A DNA stretch of 64,000 bases from Bryobacterales bacterium (GCA_963666225.3 CAXXRK020000007.1:29199-93198), one strand, 5' to 3'. Positions 38,961-52,227 are shown, counted from the first letter of the stretch. Translations and numbers: made by a program. Notes: a model not told the origin generated them from the sequence alone.

Positions 38961-39149
38961 TAGCTTACAGCCCCGTAACGACCTCCGCGGAGTCTCCCGG
39001 CCACCGAAGTCGGCAACTAGAGCACGGATCCGCCACGATTTTGCCCCCAGAGAGGGCCGCGATTGCGGATAATGAGGAACCCACGCTGGGGCAGGGCTGG
39101 CGACGCTCCCATTCGGCGGTCGCCGTGGACAGGTTAAGGAGGTATTTCA

Positions 39150-42100
39150 ATGTCACGCACAACTCGACAGAAAAGGACTGGTCCCCGGACACTTCCGCCC
39201 GGCATTAGCGCCATCGCTCGCGCCACGGGCGTCCTCCTGCTTTCTGCTCTGTGCCTGCCGGCACAGTTCAGCAGCATCCTTGAGGGCACGATCACCGATC
39301 CTGCCTCTGCCGTGATTCCCGGTGTCGAGGTCGTGATCGAGGACGCCGCCACAGGTTCGGTCCGCAACACCGTCACATCCAGCGTAGGTCGCTACCGCGC
39401 CACGGCGCTGGCCGCGAGCACGTACAGGGTCACCGTCCGGGCCGATGGATTCCAGACATACGTTCAGGAGAGCGTGACGCTGGAGGTTGATCAGACCACC
39501 ACGCTCAACATGTCGCTCGAGCTCGGAGCCACGACTGAGACGGTCAGCGTGACTTCGGCGCCGCCATTGATCGAGACCGGAGAGGCCAAGGTGTCTGGCC
39601 AGATTCAGCAGCGGGAGGTGGCCGACCTGCCCCTCGTGGGGCGGAATTTCATGACGCTCGTGGTTCTCACGCCGGGAGTCGTGGGACTGCCGTCGGGCGG
39701 CGGCCAAGCGTACGCCCAGGCGACGGGCGATATTTTCTCCGCTGAGTACGGCGTCAATCTCAGCGGCAATGGGCAGCGCGCCGAGTCCAACAGCTTCAAC
39801 GTGGACGGCGCGTCGGTCAACGCAAGCCCGCGCGGCGGGGTTGTCAACTTCAACCCGAATGCCGACTCCGTCCAAGAACTCCGGGTGTCGGTCAACAACT
39901 TCTCCGCCGAGTACGGAAGGAACTCCTCGGTGCTGGTGAACGTCGTGACCAAGTCCGGGACGAATGACGTGCACGGCACGGTGGGTTGGTACCACACCAA
40001 CAACAAGCTTCAGGCACCCAACCGTTTCCAGAGCGCGGGCGTCCCCGTGTTCCGGCGCAACGAGGCCAACTGGAGCCTCGGCGCGCCCATCGTCAAGAAT
40101 CGCACCTTTGCCTTCGGATCGATGGACATCCTCCGGTCCGGCGTAGGTGCCGGTTTCAGCCGCACCGTTGTGAGCCGGGAGTTTGCCAGCCTCGTGCAGG
40201 AACGCTACCCGAGTAACCTCTCGGGCACGATCATGGGTGACTTCCCGGACATTCTGGTCGGCAAGAGCGTGAACCAGACAGCCGGAGACCTGCTCGGGGC
40301 CAACTGCAGCGGCACAACTCCGGTTGACACGCCGATCGGGGCGTTGCCGTGCAACTTCCCCGTCACCGATCGCGGGGCATTCGCCCGGACCCTGCCACGC
40401 GACGGCATTCAGTGGACTGCCCGCATCGATCACAACTTCAACGAGAGCAAGGATCGCATCTACGGCAGCGTCGCGCGCACCGTGACCAATCAGGTGCTCT
40501 TCGGCAACCCGTCTGTGTATCCGGCGTTCACGCAGATGCAGACCGAGTGGACTGCGTTCGCCAACCTCAACTGGACCCGGATTGCGTCCCCCAACCTGAT
40601 CAACGAGGCCTCGTGGTCGTGGCAGCACGCCGAGGGCGACGCGCCGATCGGGCGCGGCGAGATCCCGGCCATCAGCGTCCCCGGCATCGAGGGCTACGGC
40701 CAGGGCTTCTCCGACGCGGTGTTCATCCAGAACAACCAGCAGTGGCGGAACGTCACGACTTGGAACAAGGGCTCGCACTCGTTCAAGTTCGGCGGCAACT
40801 TCAACTGTGACAGCGGGTGTCCCGGGGCCGGCGCGCTCTTCGCAGCGGTCTGGGAACGCCCCAACTACGGCTTCAACAGTCTTTGGGACTTTGCCCTGGA
40901 CGACCCCTTCTCCCACGGGAATATCGGGTTTGACCCAGAGACCGGCGATGCGCGCGGCTTTGACTTCAGGCCGAGGTTCACCAACTGGGGCTTCTTCATC
41001 AACGACGACTGGAAGGTCCGTCCCAACCTGACCGTCACGTGGGGCGTGCGCTGGGAGGCATTTCCCACCCCGACCGACCTCGACGACATCTTCGTCGGGG
41101 CAAACTTCCGCGGAGGCAGCAACTTCACCGAGAGGATTGCCGATGTCGGCGTTCGCAAAGGGCCACCGTTGCAGTCGACCGACATGAACAATATCGCCCC
41201 GCGCTTGGGGATCGCCTGGGATCCCACCGGTGCAGGGAAGATGTCGATCCGGGCCGGTAGCGGCGTCTTCTACGACCGCCCTGGCGGGCAGTTCTACCGG
41301 GACTGTTGCACGAGCCTCCCGATCTTCGCGGTGGCCAACATCAACAAGCAGACCGACGCCAAGCCCGTGTACGGGCTTAGCAGCACGCTAGAGTCGCCTT
41401 GGAACTTCCCGCGCCCGCCCAATCTCCAGGTGGGCCTGGACGAGCGCGGCGGCCTGATTGGGGTCCCGGCGTCGATCCAAATCTGGGAGCCCCACCTCAA
41501 GAATCAGTACGCGATCAACTGGTTCGGCGGCATCCAGTACTCGCTCGCCCGGGACTGGGCCGTGGAGATGAACTATGTGGGCTCGCAGGGCACGAAGCTC
41601 TACCAGAACTACGAGGTCAACCGATTCGCGGGAGACCTGCTGGACGGCCGGCTGGACCGGCTCAATCCCAGCTTCGGGGGCATCGCCTATGGCCAGAACA
41701 ACGGCAAGTCCTATTACCACGGCATGAACGCCAGCGTGAAGAAGCGCTTCTCGCAGGGACTGCTCTTCCAAGGGGCCTACACCTTTGGCAAGGCGATCGA
41801 CACGGGCAGCAGCTTCTCGGGAGAGAACTTGGTCGAGCTGACCGAGATGCGGTTCAACCGCGGTCGCTCTCGCTTCGATGTCCGGCAGAAGTACGCGATG
41901 AGCCTGATCTTTGACATTCCGTCGCCGCGGCAGGCTGGCGTCGCGAGGGCCATCCTCGGGAACTGGCAGGTTGGCGTGACGACGATCTTGCAGAGCGGGT
42001 CGCCGTTCAACATCTCTTGCGGGCTGCCGTTCCAACCGATATTCGACGCCGGGGGAAATCTGGTCGGGAACAACGGCTGCGACTTCAATGCCGACGGCTT

Positions 42101-42470
42101 GAACAATGACCGTCCCGACACCCCGTCGTTCGGCGAGTCCCTCGGAGGCGCCAGCAAGGACGCCTACATCGACGGGCTGTTCAAGGCGGGAGACTTTCCG
42201 AAGCCTCAGACGGTCCGGCCGGGAAGCCTGCCGCGGAACGCGTATGACAACCCGGGCTACAACAACACCGATCTCAACTTGCTGCGCCAGATTCCGTTCC
42301 CCATGCTGGGCGAGGCCGGGCGCATCGACATCCGCGCGGAGTTCTTCAACGTGTTCAACGTGGAAAACCTCGGCTCGGTCAACGGCTCGCTGCAGAGCGG
42401 CAACTTCGGGCGTGTCACGAACACTTTCAGCGCGAGGAGCGTGCAGTTCGGGATCAAGGTAGTCTTCTAA
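39150..42470 (+). CDS. TonB-dependent receptor with N-terminal carboxypeptidase-regulatory-like domain (Acidobacteria-type)
   Basis: AGGAGG 8 nt upstream of the ATG. Signal peptide. CarboxypepD_reg segment GTITDPASAVIPGVEVVIEDAATGSVRNTVTS..GRYRA. Plug-like LPLVGRNFMTL. C-terminal beta-barrel ending ...SVQFGIKVVF. Confidence 0.85.
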   Translation: MSRTTRQKRTGPRTLPPGISAIARATGVLLLSALCLPAQFSSILEGTITDPASAVIPGVEVVIEDAATGSVRNTVTSSVGRYRATALAASTYRVTVRADGFQTYVQESVTLEVDQTTTLNMSLELGATTETVSVTSAPPLIETGEAKVSGQIQQREVADLPLVGRNFMTLVVLTPGVVGLPSGGGQAYAQATGDIFSAEYGVNLSGNGQRAESNSFNVDGASVNASPRGGVVNFNPNADSVQELRVSVNNFSAEYGRNSSVLVNVVTKSGTNDVHGTVGWYHTNNKLQAPNRFQSAGVPVFRRNEANWSLGAPIVKNRTFAFGSMDILRSGVGAGFSRTVVSREFASLVQERYPSNLSGTIMGDFPDILVGKSVNQTAGDLLGANCSGTTPVDTPIGALPCNFPVTDRGAFARTLPRDGIQWTARIDHNFNESKDRIYGSVARTVTNQVLFGNPSVYPAFTQMQTEWTAFANLNWTRIASPNLINEASWSWQHAEGDAPIGRGEIPAISVPGIEGYGQGFSDAVFIQNNQQWRNVTTWNKGSHSFKFGGNFNCDSGCPGAGALFAAVWERPNYGFNSLWDFALDDPFSHGNIGFDPETGDARGFDFRPRFTNWGFFINDDWKVRPNLTVTWGVRWEAFPTPTDLDDIFVGANFRGGSNFTERIADVGVRKGPPLQSTDMNNIAPRLGIAWDPTGAGKMSIRAGSGVFYDRPGGQFYRDCCTSLPIFAVANINKQTDAKPVYGLSSTLESPWNFPRPPNLQVGLDERGGLIGVPASIQIWEPHLKNQYAINWFGGIQYSLARDWAVEMNYVGSQGTKLYQNYEVNRFAGDLLDGRLDRLNPSFGGIAYGQNNGKSYYHGMNASVKKRFSQGLLFQGAYTFGKAIDTGSSFSGENLVELTEMRFNRGRSRFDVRQKYAMSLIFDIPSPRQAGVARAILGNWQVGVTTILQSGSPFNISCGLPFQPIFDAGGNLVGNNGCDFNADGLNNDRPDTPSFGESLGGASKDAYIDGLFKAGDFPKPQTVRPGSLPRNAYDNPGYNNTDLNLLRQIPFPMLGEAGRIDIRAEFFNVFNVENLGSVNGSLQSGNFGRVTNTFSARSVQFGIKVVF

Positions 42471-42528
42471 CGGGGGCCGGGGCCGGCCTTCGAGGCCCGC
42501 GCCGGCCGCCATCGGCGGATGCTGTCCC

Positions 42529-44250
42529 ATGGCGCGTGTCCCTCGCCCGCATCTCTTGGTCCTGGGCTTTGCGGCTGTGGCCGGTCCCGCGGCCGGGCCG
42601 GCCGCAGCGGCGGAAGCGCCGCGCGCGGCCCCGCCGGAGTTCAGGGATGTCACAGTGGAGGCCGGCATCGGCTTCGTTCACGAGAACGCCGCTTCTCCCG
42701 ACAAATTCCTCATCGAGACCATGGGAGGGGGCGCCGCTTGGCTGGACTTTGACGGGGATGGCTGGCTGGACCTGTACCTGACCAACAGTGCCCCGACCGA
42801 GGCCTTCCGGCCACGCGGGCCATTGGGCGGGATTCTTTACCGCAATCTCGGGGATGGCCGGTTCGAGGACGTTTCCGAGCTTGCTGGCGTCAGCGCGCAC
42901 GGCCTCTTCGCCATGGGAGTGGCGGTCGGCGACTACGACAACGACGGCGACCCGGACCTGGCGGTGACCGGCCATGGCCGGTCAGTGCTCTTCCGGAACG
43001 AGGGCCACTCGACGTTCGCCGATGTCACCGGCGAGGCCGGGGTGGGCAATGTCGGCGCGTGGGGCACCAGTGCCGCTTGGTTCGACTTCGACCGGGACGG
43101 CCTGCTCGACCTTGTAGTGGCCAATTACCTCGACTGGACCGCGGAGAACAATCTGCGATGCGGGGATCCAAGGCCGGGATATCGCGCGTACTGTCATCCG
43201 AACAAGTACCGCGGCCAGCGCCCGACTCTCTACCGCAATCTCGGGGATGGCCGCTTCTTGGACGTTTCCTCCTCGTCCAGCCTCGGGGCCAAAGCGGGCA
43301 ACGGCCTCGGCGTGATCTGCTTCGACTTCGACCTGGATGGCTGGACGGATGTCTTCATCGCGAACGATTCCATGGAGAACTTTCTGTTCCGCAACCTCGG
43401 CGACGGGACCTTCGAGGAGATGGCCTTCCTGGCAGGCGTGGCATTGGGGGAGAACGGCCAGGCGGAGGCCGGCATGGGAGTGGCCGCCGGCGACTACGAC
43501 AATGACGGCTGGCCGGACCTGTACGTCACGCACCTTGACTATGAGTTCGACCGGTTGTACCGCAACGAAGGCGGCGGCGAGTTCTCGGATGCCACGTTTC
43601 GGGCCGGCATCGGCTACAAGACGTTTGACGTGAGCGGTTTCGGGACGCGGTTCGCCGACTTGGACAACGACGGCTGGCAGGACTTGTTCGTCGCCAACGG
43701 CCACGTTCTGGACAACGTCGATCTGTTTCACGAGGGCACACAGTATGCCGAGCCCAAGCTGCTGTTCCGCAACAGGGGCGGGAAGTTCGAGGAGGAAGCA
43801 GCAGCCCACGGGGCGGCACTTGCAGGCCCCCGCGTGAGCAGGGCTGCCGCGTTCGCCGACTACGACAACGACGGCGACGTGGACGTGATCGTTGCGAACA
43901 ATGGCCAGCCGCCCCAGTTGCTCCGCAACGACGGGGGAAATCGCCGGAGCTGGCTGCAGGTGCGCCTGGTGGGCGGCGGTTCGAACCGGGACGGCGTTGG
44001 CGCCGTCGTGACTGTCGCGTCGGCGGGCCGGACTCAGGTGATGCAGCGCACGGGAGGGGGGAGTTACCAGAGTGCGCACGACCCCCGGCTCCATTTCGGG
44101 CTCGGGGATGCGTCGGTGGCGGAGCGGGTCGAGGTCCGCTGGCCCAGCGGCACCGTCGACCGTCTCTCAGCGGTGCCGGTTGATTCGGTCCTGACCGTCA
44201 CGGAGGGGGCCTCCGGGCCCTCGGGGAGCGCCAAGCTGGCCCGGCGCTGA
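42529..44250 (+). CDS. CRTAC1-family / ASPIC-UnbV protein with FG-GAP (VCBS) repeats
   Basis: Repeated DFDGDGWLDLY / DYDNDGDPDL / DFDLDGWTDVF / DYDNDGWPDLYV FG-GAP calcium-binding units, and a C-terminal UnbV_ASPIC-like GGSYQSAHDPRLHFGLG. Confidence 0.85.
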   Translation: MARVPRPHLLVLGFAAVAGPAAGPAAAAEAPRAAPPEFRDVTVEAGIGFVHENAASPDKFLIETMGGGAAWLDFDGDGWLDLYLTNSAPTEAFRPRGPLGGILYRNLGDGRFEDVSELAGVSAHGLFAMGVAVGDYDNDGDPDLAVTGHGRSVLFRNEGHSTFADVTGEAGVGNVGAWGTSAAWFDFDRDGLLDLVVANYLDWTAENNLRCGDPRPGYRAYCHPNKYRGQRPTLYRNLGDGRFLDVSSSSSLGAKAGNGLGVICFDFDLDGWTDVFIANDSMENFLFRNLGDGTFEEMAFLAGVALGENGQAEAGMGVAAGDYDNDGWPDLYVTHLDYEFDRLYRNEGGGEFSDATFRAGIGYKTFDVSGFGTRFADLDNDGWQDLFVANGHVLDNVDLFHEGTQYAEPKLLFRNRGGKFEEEAAAHGAALAGPRVSRAAAFADYDNDGDVDVIVANNGQPPQLLRNDGGNRRSWLQVRLVGGGSNRDGVGAVVTVASAGRTQVMQRTGGGSYQSAHDPRLHFGLGDASVAERVEVRWPSGTVDRLSAVPVDSVLTVTEGASGPSGSAKLARR

Positions 44251-44304
44251 CCGCGGTCGCGTCCCGACACGCTGGCGTCGCCAAACCCCGCGGGCACGGC
44301 TGGC

Positions 44305-45042
44305 TCACTCGAGCAGTCGCATCGTGAACCCGGTCTCGTCAAGGGTCATCCGGAACAGCAGGGGCTGGCGTCCCTCTGTCCGGCCGAAGAACGCCGACAC
44401 GGCATGCGCCGCTTGCGGCCCGCTCACCGACACGTGCACCTCGTCCACCAGTTGTCGCTCGCCCTCCCAAACCAGCCAGCGTTCCTGTGCGTGTTCGAGG
44501 CGAACGCCGTAGCCCGCGCCGAAGTGCACGGTGCCCTCGGCTGGGATCCTTCCCGCGGCAAGCTCGGACCGCAGGAAATAGACGAACGCTAAGGCGTCCC
44601 GGGCGCAGTTTCCAGCCCGGGCAGTGCCCGGTCGTTCCTCGCCAGCCCGCTCGAGGTTGGTGCGCTCGACAGTATCTCCCGAGAATCGGAGCAGCTCGCT
44701 GGCGCGTCGGTTGCCGTGGCGGATGTGCTTCTCGAACCGTTGCGAGCACAGCTGGCCATCCGTCTCGGAGATAAACCGGTCATCAATCTCAAGCTTGGGG
44801 TGGCTGGCGCGCACGGTGGCCTCGAACCGCCATCCGGGGTCAAGGAACCGTGCCTCAAACTCGGCGACGCCAGCGCTCAGCCCGCTCGGCCAGTCCAGCG
44901 AGAACTGCAGGAACTCCCCATGGGTGAAGCCCTCTGCCAGCGGCTGGGCCTGTGCGACACTCGCGCCCGCAAGCCCCAGCCACAGCGCCGCCAAAGCGAG
45001 CGCTGGCGGCGGGTCATGCCTCGGTTTGCACGAGGATGTCAC
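44305..45042 (-). CDS. Secreted DUF3108-like protein (hypothetical)
   Basis: Signal peptide ALALAALWLGLAGASVAQA. GEFLQFSLDW...AGVAEFE and DALAFVYFLRS segments resemble DUF3108. Its start overlaps the 3' end of the aldehyde dehydrogenase gene by 29 nt. Confidence 0.45.
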   Translation of the reverse strand: MTSSCKPRHDPPPALALAALWLGLAGASVAQAQPLAEGFTHGEFLQFSLDWPSGLSAGVAEFEARFLDPGWRFEATVRASHPKLEIDDRFISETDGQLCSQRFEKHIRHGNRRASELLRFSGDTVERTNLERAGEERPGTARAGNCARDALAFVYFLRSELAAGRIPAEGTVHFGAGYGVRLEHAQERWLVWEGERQLVDEVHVSVSGPQAAHAVSAFFGRTEGRQPLLFRMTLDETGFTMRLLE

Positions 45043-46852
45043 CGCCGTTGTCCAGATCGCGCGCGGCTGGCGTCACGATCGTGCTCTTGGAAATGTAGAT
45101 CTTGGCGCCGCTGTGCCTCGCCTTGCGCATGTCCCCTTCGCACACGAAGCTCACCGGCCGGATCTTGGGGGCGGGCGGAGGTGGGCTGGGTTGGACGTCG
45201 GTCGCGGGCTTGGCCGCATCCGGGACATGCGGCGTGGCGGCCTTGGCCTTCGCGCGCCGGGCGAGGAAGCGGTCCACGACCGCGGAGACGGTCCCGTCTC
45301 CGCCGGGTGCCGCGCTCTGTGCCGGTGGGTGCCCGCCCCCCCGGCTTGCCAAGTATTGGTCCACGCGTTTCGCGACGGGGCTCTGGCCAGACGCGGCGGC
45401 CCCCGGCGTTCCCGGTCCCCCACTGAAGTCGCTGCCGCCCGCGACGGCTGCGAAATAGCGCTTTGCCTCCTCGCTGACGAAAGCCTCCTCTGGGGCCCGC
45501 AGGTACCGGGCGATTCGCTTGACGTGGAACAGATGGGTCGGCCCGACGTTGTCACCCGTCGAATTGCCCGCGATCGCGCCGCAGCCAAGCGTCATCGACG
45601 GCTGTACGCCGGTGGTGATCCCGGTCGAGCCCTGCGGTGCTGGCGTGTTCACGAGGACCCGGAATGCGGGAGCCCTGCGGCCGTATTCCCGAATGCGGTT
45701 CTCGTCCTCGGAGTAGATCACGCAGGTGTGGCCCCGCCCGCCAAAGTTGAGCACGGAGACGCACGCGTCGACAGCCTGGTCAAAGTCGTCCACAAAGTAG
45801 ACCGAGAGCACGGGAGAGAGCTTCTCCGCGGACAGCGGGTGTTCTCGCCCAACGCCGGCGATTTCCACGGCTAGGATGCTGGCTGAGCCGGAGATCTCGA
45901 ACCCGGCCATCTTCGCGATTTTCTGAGGCGACTGCCCCACGCACTCGGGCCGGATGCGAAACTCGGGCGTGATCAGCAGGTTTGCCAGCGCCCGGCCTTG
46001 CTCGGCTTCGCAGATGTGGGCCCTGTTGGCTCGTAGAGCCGCCCAGACGCGGTCGCTGTGGCGCCGATTCGTGACCAGCGTCTGCTCGCTTGAGCAGACG
46101 GTCCCGAAGTCGAACTGCTTGCCCTCCACGATCGATCCGACCGCCGACTCGATGTCCGCGGAGTCGTCGACGAGCACGGGCACGTTCCCCCCGCCGACCC
46201 CTAGGGCTGGCTTGCCGCTGGAGTAGGCCGCCTTCACGATGCCCGCCCCTCCGGTTGAGAGGATGATCCCCACCCGTCTGTGGCGCATCAGCTCGTTCGT
46301 CCCGGGAATCGTTGCCTCGTTGACGCACTGGATCAAGCCCTCCGGGGCACCGGCCGCCTCTGCCGCTTCGGCCACCACCCGGGCTGCCTCGCAGGTGCAC
46401 TTGCGGGCCCTCGGGTGCGGGCTGATCACGATCGCATTGCCTGCCTTGACTGCGATCAGGGCCTTGAAGAAGGCCGTGGATGTCGGGTTCGTGGTCGGCA
46501 GCACGGCTGCGACCACTCCCACCGGCACGGCCATCTCGGTGATGCCCTCTTCCGGGAGCTCTCTCAAGACCCCGATGGTTCTCAGGGGGGCGATCTTCTG
46601 GTGCAGCAGGTCGCAGTTCAGGAGGTTCTTCGCGATCTTGTCCCGAACGTTCCCGTACTTGGTCTCCTCGACCGCCATGCGGGCAAGCCGCTCGGAGTTC
46701 TCGCGCGCGGCCTGCGCCATGCTGGCCACGATCGAGTCGACCTGCTCTTGGGTAGCGCCGCTGAACGCCTGGAATGCCTTGTGGGCGGCCGCTACCTTGG
46801 AGCGGACCTCTTGGATCGAGCGCAGATCTTTGTCTTCGAGCATCGCGCTCAA
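45014..46852 (-). CDS. CoA-acylating aldehyde dehydrogenase (EutE/PduP/AdhE-N-like) with a ~140-aa C-terminal extension
   Basis: ALDH core with the catalytic Cys context KQFDFGTVCSSEQTL and PTTNPTSTA. The Pro/Gly/Ala-rich tail carries two amphipathic helices and a terminal 45-aa module. TTG start directly follows the BMC-H stop (alternative ATG at 46843). Confidence 0.85.
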   Translation of the reverse strand: MSAMLEDKDLRSIQEVRSKVAAAHKAFQAFSGATQEQVDSIVASMAQAARENSERLARMAVEETKYGNVRDKIAKNLLNCDLLHQKIAPLRTIGVLRELPEEGITEMAVPVGVVAAVLPTTNPTSTAFFKALIAVKAGNAIVISPHPRARKCTCEAARVVAEAAEAAGAPEGLIQCVNEATIPGTNELMRHRRVGIILSTGGAGIVKAAYSSGKPALGVGGGNVPVLVDDSADIESAVGSIVEGKQFDFGTVCSSEQTLVTNRRHSDRVWAALRANRAHICEAEQGRALANLLITPEFRIRPECVGQSPQKIAKMAGFEISGSASILAVEIAGVGREHPLSAEKLSPVLSVYFVDDFDQAVDACVSVLNFGGRGHTCVIYSEDENRIREYGRRAPAFRVLVNTPAPQGSTGITTGVQPSMTLGCGAIAGNSTGDNVGPTHLFHVKRIARYLRAPEEAFVSEEAKRYFAAVAGGSDFSGGPGTPGAAASGQSPVAKRVDQYLASRGGGHPPAQSAAPGGDGTVSAVVDRFLARRAKAKAATPHVPDAAKPATDVQPSPPPPAPKIRPVSFVCEGDMRKARHSGAKIYISKSTIVTPAARDLDNGGDILVQTEA

Positions 46853-47131
46853 CTAGCCGTCGGCCCCGGCCGGTAGCACTTGCGCGACATCGGGGTAAGG
46901 GGCGGGTATGACGTGCACGCTGACCAGCTCGCCGACGCGGCGCGCCGCGGCGGCTCCCGCGTCGGTGGCCGCCTTCACGGCGCCTATATCCCCTCGGCAG
47001 GTGACGGTCACGTGGCCGGCCCCAATCATCCGCCGACCCTCAAGGGTCACGGAGGCTGCCTTGACCATCGCGTCCGACGCCTCGACCGAAGACACCATGC
47101 CACAAGTCTCGATCATTCCCAATGCATCCAT
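46853..47131 (-). CDS. Bacterial microcompartment shell protein, BMC-H (Pfam00936-type, PduA/EutM/CcmK-like)
   Basis: [82 protein letters not shown] matches the BMC-domain consensus throughout. Confidence 0.9.
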   Translation of the reverse strand: MDALGMIETCGMVSSVEASDAMVKAASVTLEGRRMIGAGHVTVTCRGDIGAVKAATDAGAAAARRVGELVSVHVIPAPYPDVAQVLPAGADG

Positions 47132-47224
47132 GCCGCCCGCCTTCCAGCCTCAGGCTCACCGTATCACAGATGGGCGCCGCGGCCCGGATGCTACCGTCTG
47201 CCGGTCGCAACTGGAGCCGGCAAG

Positions 47225-48388
47225 CTACCGCAACAACAGGCAGACTGGGGCGTCGATCGCAATCTCCTGCCCGGTGGGTGCCAGCCCTCCGGTGAGGGCG
47301 TCGACCTTGAAGACCGCGATGTTGTCCGAGTTCTGATTCGCGGCCAGCAGGTACTCGCCGCTTGTGTCGAAGGCGAAATTCCGAGGCCAGTTGCCGTTCG
47401 TCGAGACGTGGCCGAGGCCCGTGACCAGGCCGCTGTCCCCGTCCGCTTCGAAAATCGCGATCGAGTCGTGGCCGCGGTTCGATGCGTACACGAATCGTCC
47501 CGACCGGTCCGTGTGGATTTCCGCGGTGTAGTTTTCGCCGTCGAAGCCTTCCGGAAGCGTGGTGACTGTCTGGATGACTTCCAAAGTGCCCGCTTGGCCG
47601 TCAAGCGCGAAGACCGACACGGTCGAGGCAAGCTCGTTCAGTCCGTAGGCAAACTTGCCGGACGGATGCGGGGCAAAGTGTCTCGGCCCTGAGCCACCCT
47701 CGACCCGCACGTGGGACGGGACATGCGGCGACAGCGTCCCGGCTTTGGCATCGGAACGATAGACCTTGACCTGATCCAGTCCAAGGTCCGAGAAGAACGC
47801 GAAGCGGCCGTCCGGGGAGAAGTCCGCCGAGTGAGCGTGGGGACCCCGCTGGCGTTCGTGGACGCTGCTGCCCTCGTGCTGGAAGAATGACGCGGCGCTT
47901 CCCAGCGTGCCATCTTCTCGAACCGGGAACGAAGCGACGCTGCCCCCCTTGTAGTTGGCGACGATCAGCATCCTGCCCGTCGGGTCGATGCCCAGGTGGC
48001 ACGGCCACCCGCCCCGAGAGGAGACCTCGTTGAGTTCCTCGAGGGCTCCGCTCGCGGGGTCGATCCGGAACGCGACCACTGACCCGCTGCCGTCGGAGTC
48101 GTAATCGTCCGTCTCGCTGACGGCGTACAGGCGGTCACCGGCGGGATGCAGCGCCAGGAACGAGGGGTCTCTCATCTCTGCGACCAGGCCGATCGGTTCC
48201 GCCGACGCGCTGGCAGGGTCAAAGCGGTAGGCATAAATCCCGGCGCTGGTTTCGCGCGTGTAGGTCCCGACGTACAGCAGCTGGGAGGTGGACTCCGCTT
48301 CGGGCATTGGCGGGTGGTCGGTCGAGCAGGATGCGGCCAAGGCGGCAAGCAGGGCAGTGACGACGGCTGTTCGCATCGCTCGTACCAA
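47225..48388 (-). CDS. Lactonase, 7-bladed beta-propeller family (6-phosphogluconolactonase-like), lipoprotein
   Basis: Lipobox LAALAASC. Repeated blades with GSGPRHFAPHPSGKFAYGLNELASTV and similar units typical of the Lactonase family. Confidence 0.75.
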   Translation of the reverse strand: MVRAMRTAVVTALLAALAASCSTDHPPMPEAESTSQLLYVGTYTRETSAGIYAYRFDPASASAEPIGLVAEMRDPSFLALHPAGDRLYAVSETDDYDSDGSGSVVAFRIDPASGALEELNEVSSRGGWPCHLGIDPTGRMLIVANYKGGSVASFPVREDGTLGSAASFFQHEGSSVHERQRGPHAHSADFSPDGRFAFFSDLGLDQVKVYRSDAKAGTLSPHVPSHVRVEGGSGPRHFAPHPSGKFAYGLNELASTVSVFALDGQAGTLEVIQTVTTLPEGFDGENYTAEIHTDRSGRFVYASNRGHDSIAIFEADGDSGLVTGLGHVSTNGNWPRNFAFDTSGEYLLAANQNSDNIAVFKVDALTGGLAPTGQEIAIDAPVCLLLR

Positions 48389-48418
48389 CAGATCCTACAC
48401 GCAGCGGGCACTGGGCAT

Positions 48419-51966
<3,548 letters not shown>

Positions 51967-51984
51967 GCCGGGGGGCCGCCTGAG

Positions 51985-52197
51985 ATGAGCCTGGCAGTCG
52001 AAGTTCTCTTTGTCTGGCTCCCGATCGCGGGTTCCGTCTCTTTCGTGGCCTGGTTCTGGGCCCGGATGCGCCGGGAAGGATTCGCGCCCTTGCAGGTGCT
52101 GATTGATCGGCGATTCCTGATCGTGTTCCTGTACACCGGAGCGCTGCTTGCGATCTATCTCTCGACATTCCAGTTCTTCTATGTGGGCTTGTCCTGA
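51985..52197 (+). CDS. Small hypothetical membrane protein (2 predicted TM helices)
   Basis: 70-aa ORF 19 nt after ligA, with two hydrophobic helices (VLFVWLPIAGSVSFVAWFWA; FLIVFLYTGALLAIYLSTFQFFYV). No family recognised. Confidence 0.4.
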   Translation: MSLAVEVLFVWLPIAGSVSFVAWFWARMRREGFAPLQVLIDRRFLIVFLYTGALLAIYLSTFQFFYVGLS

Positions 52198-52227
52198 CCC
52201 GGGCGCGGAGTGGCTGCTTCGGCCGGG

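Noticed and set aside
42471-42528. GC-rich hairpin after the TonB receptor gene as a rho-independent terminator
   Set aside because: The stem is imperfect and no T-run follows. No convincing intrinsic terminator was identified anywhere in the window.
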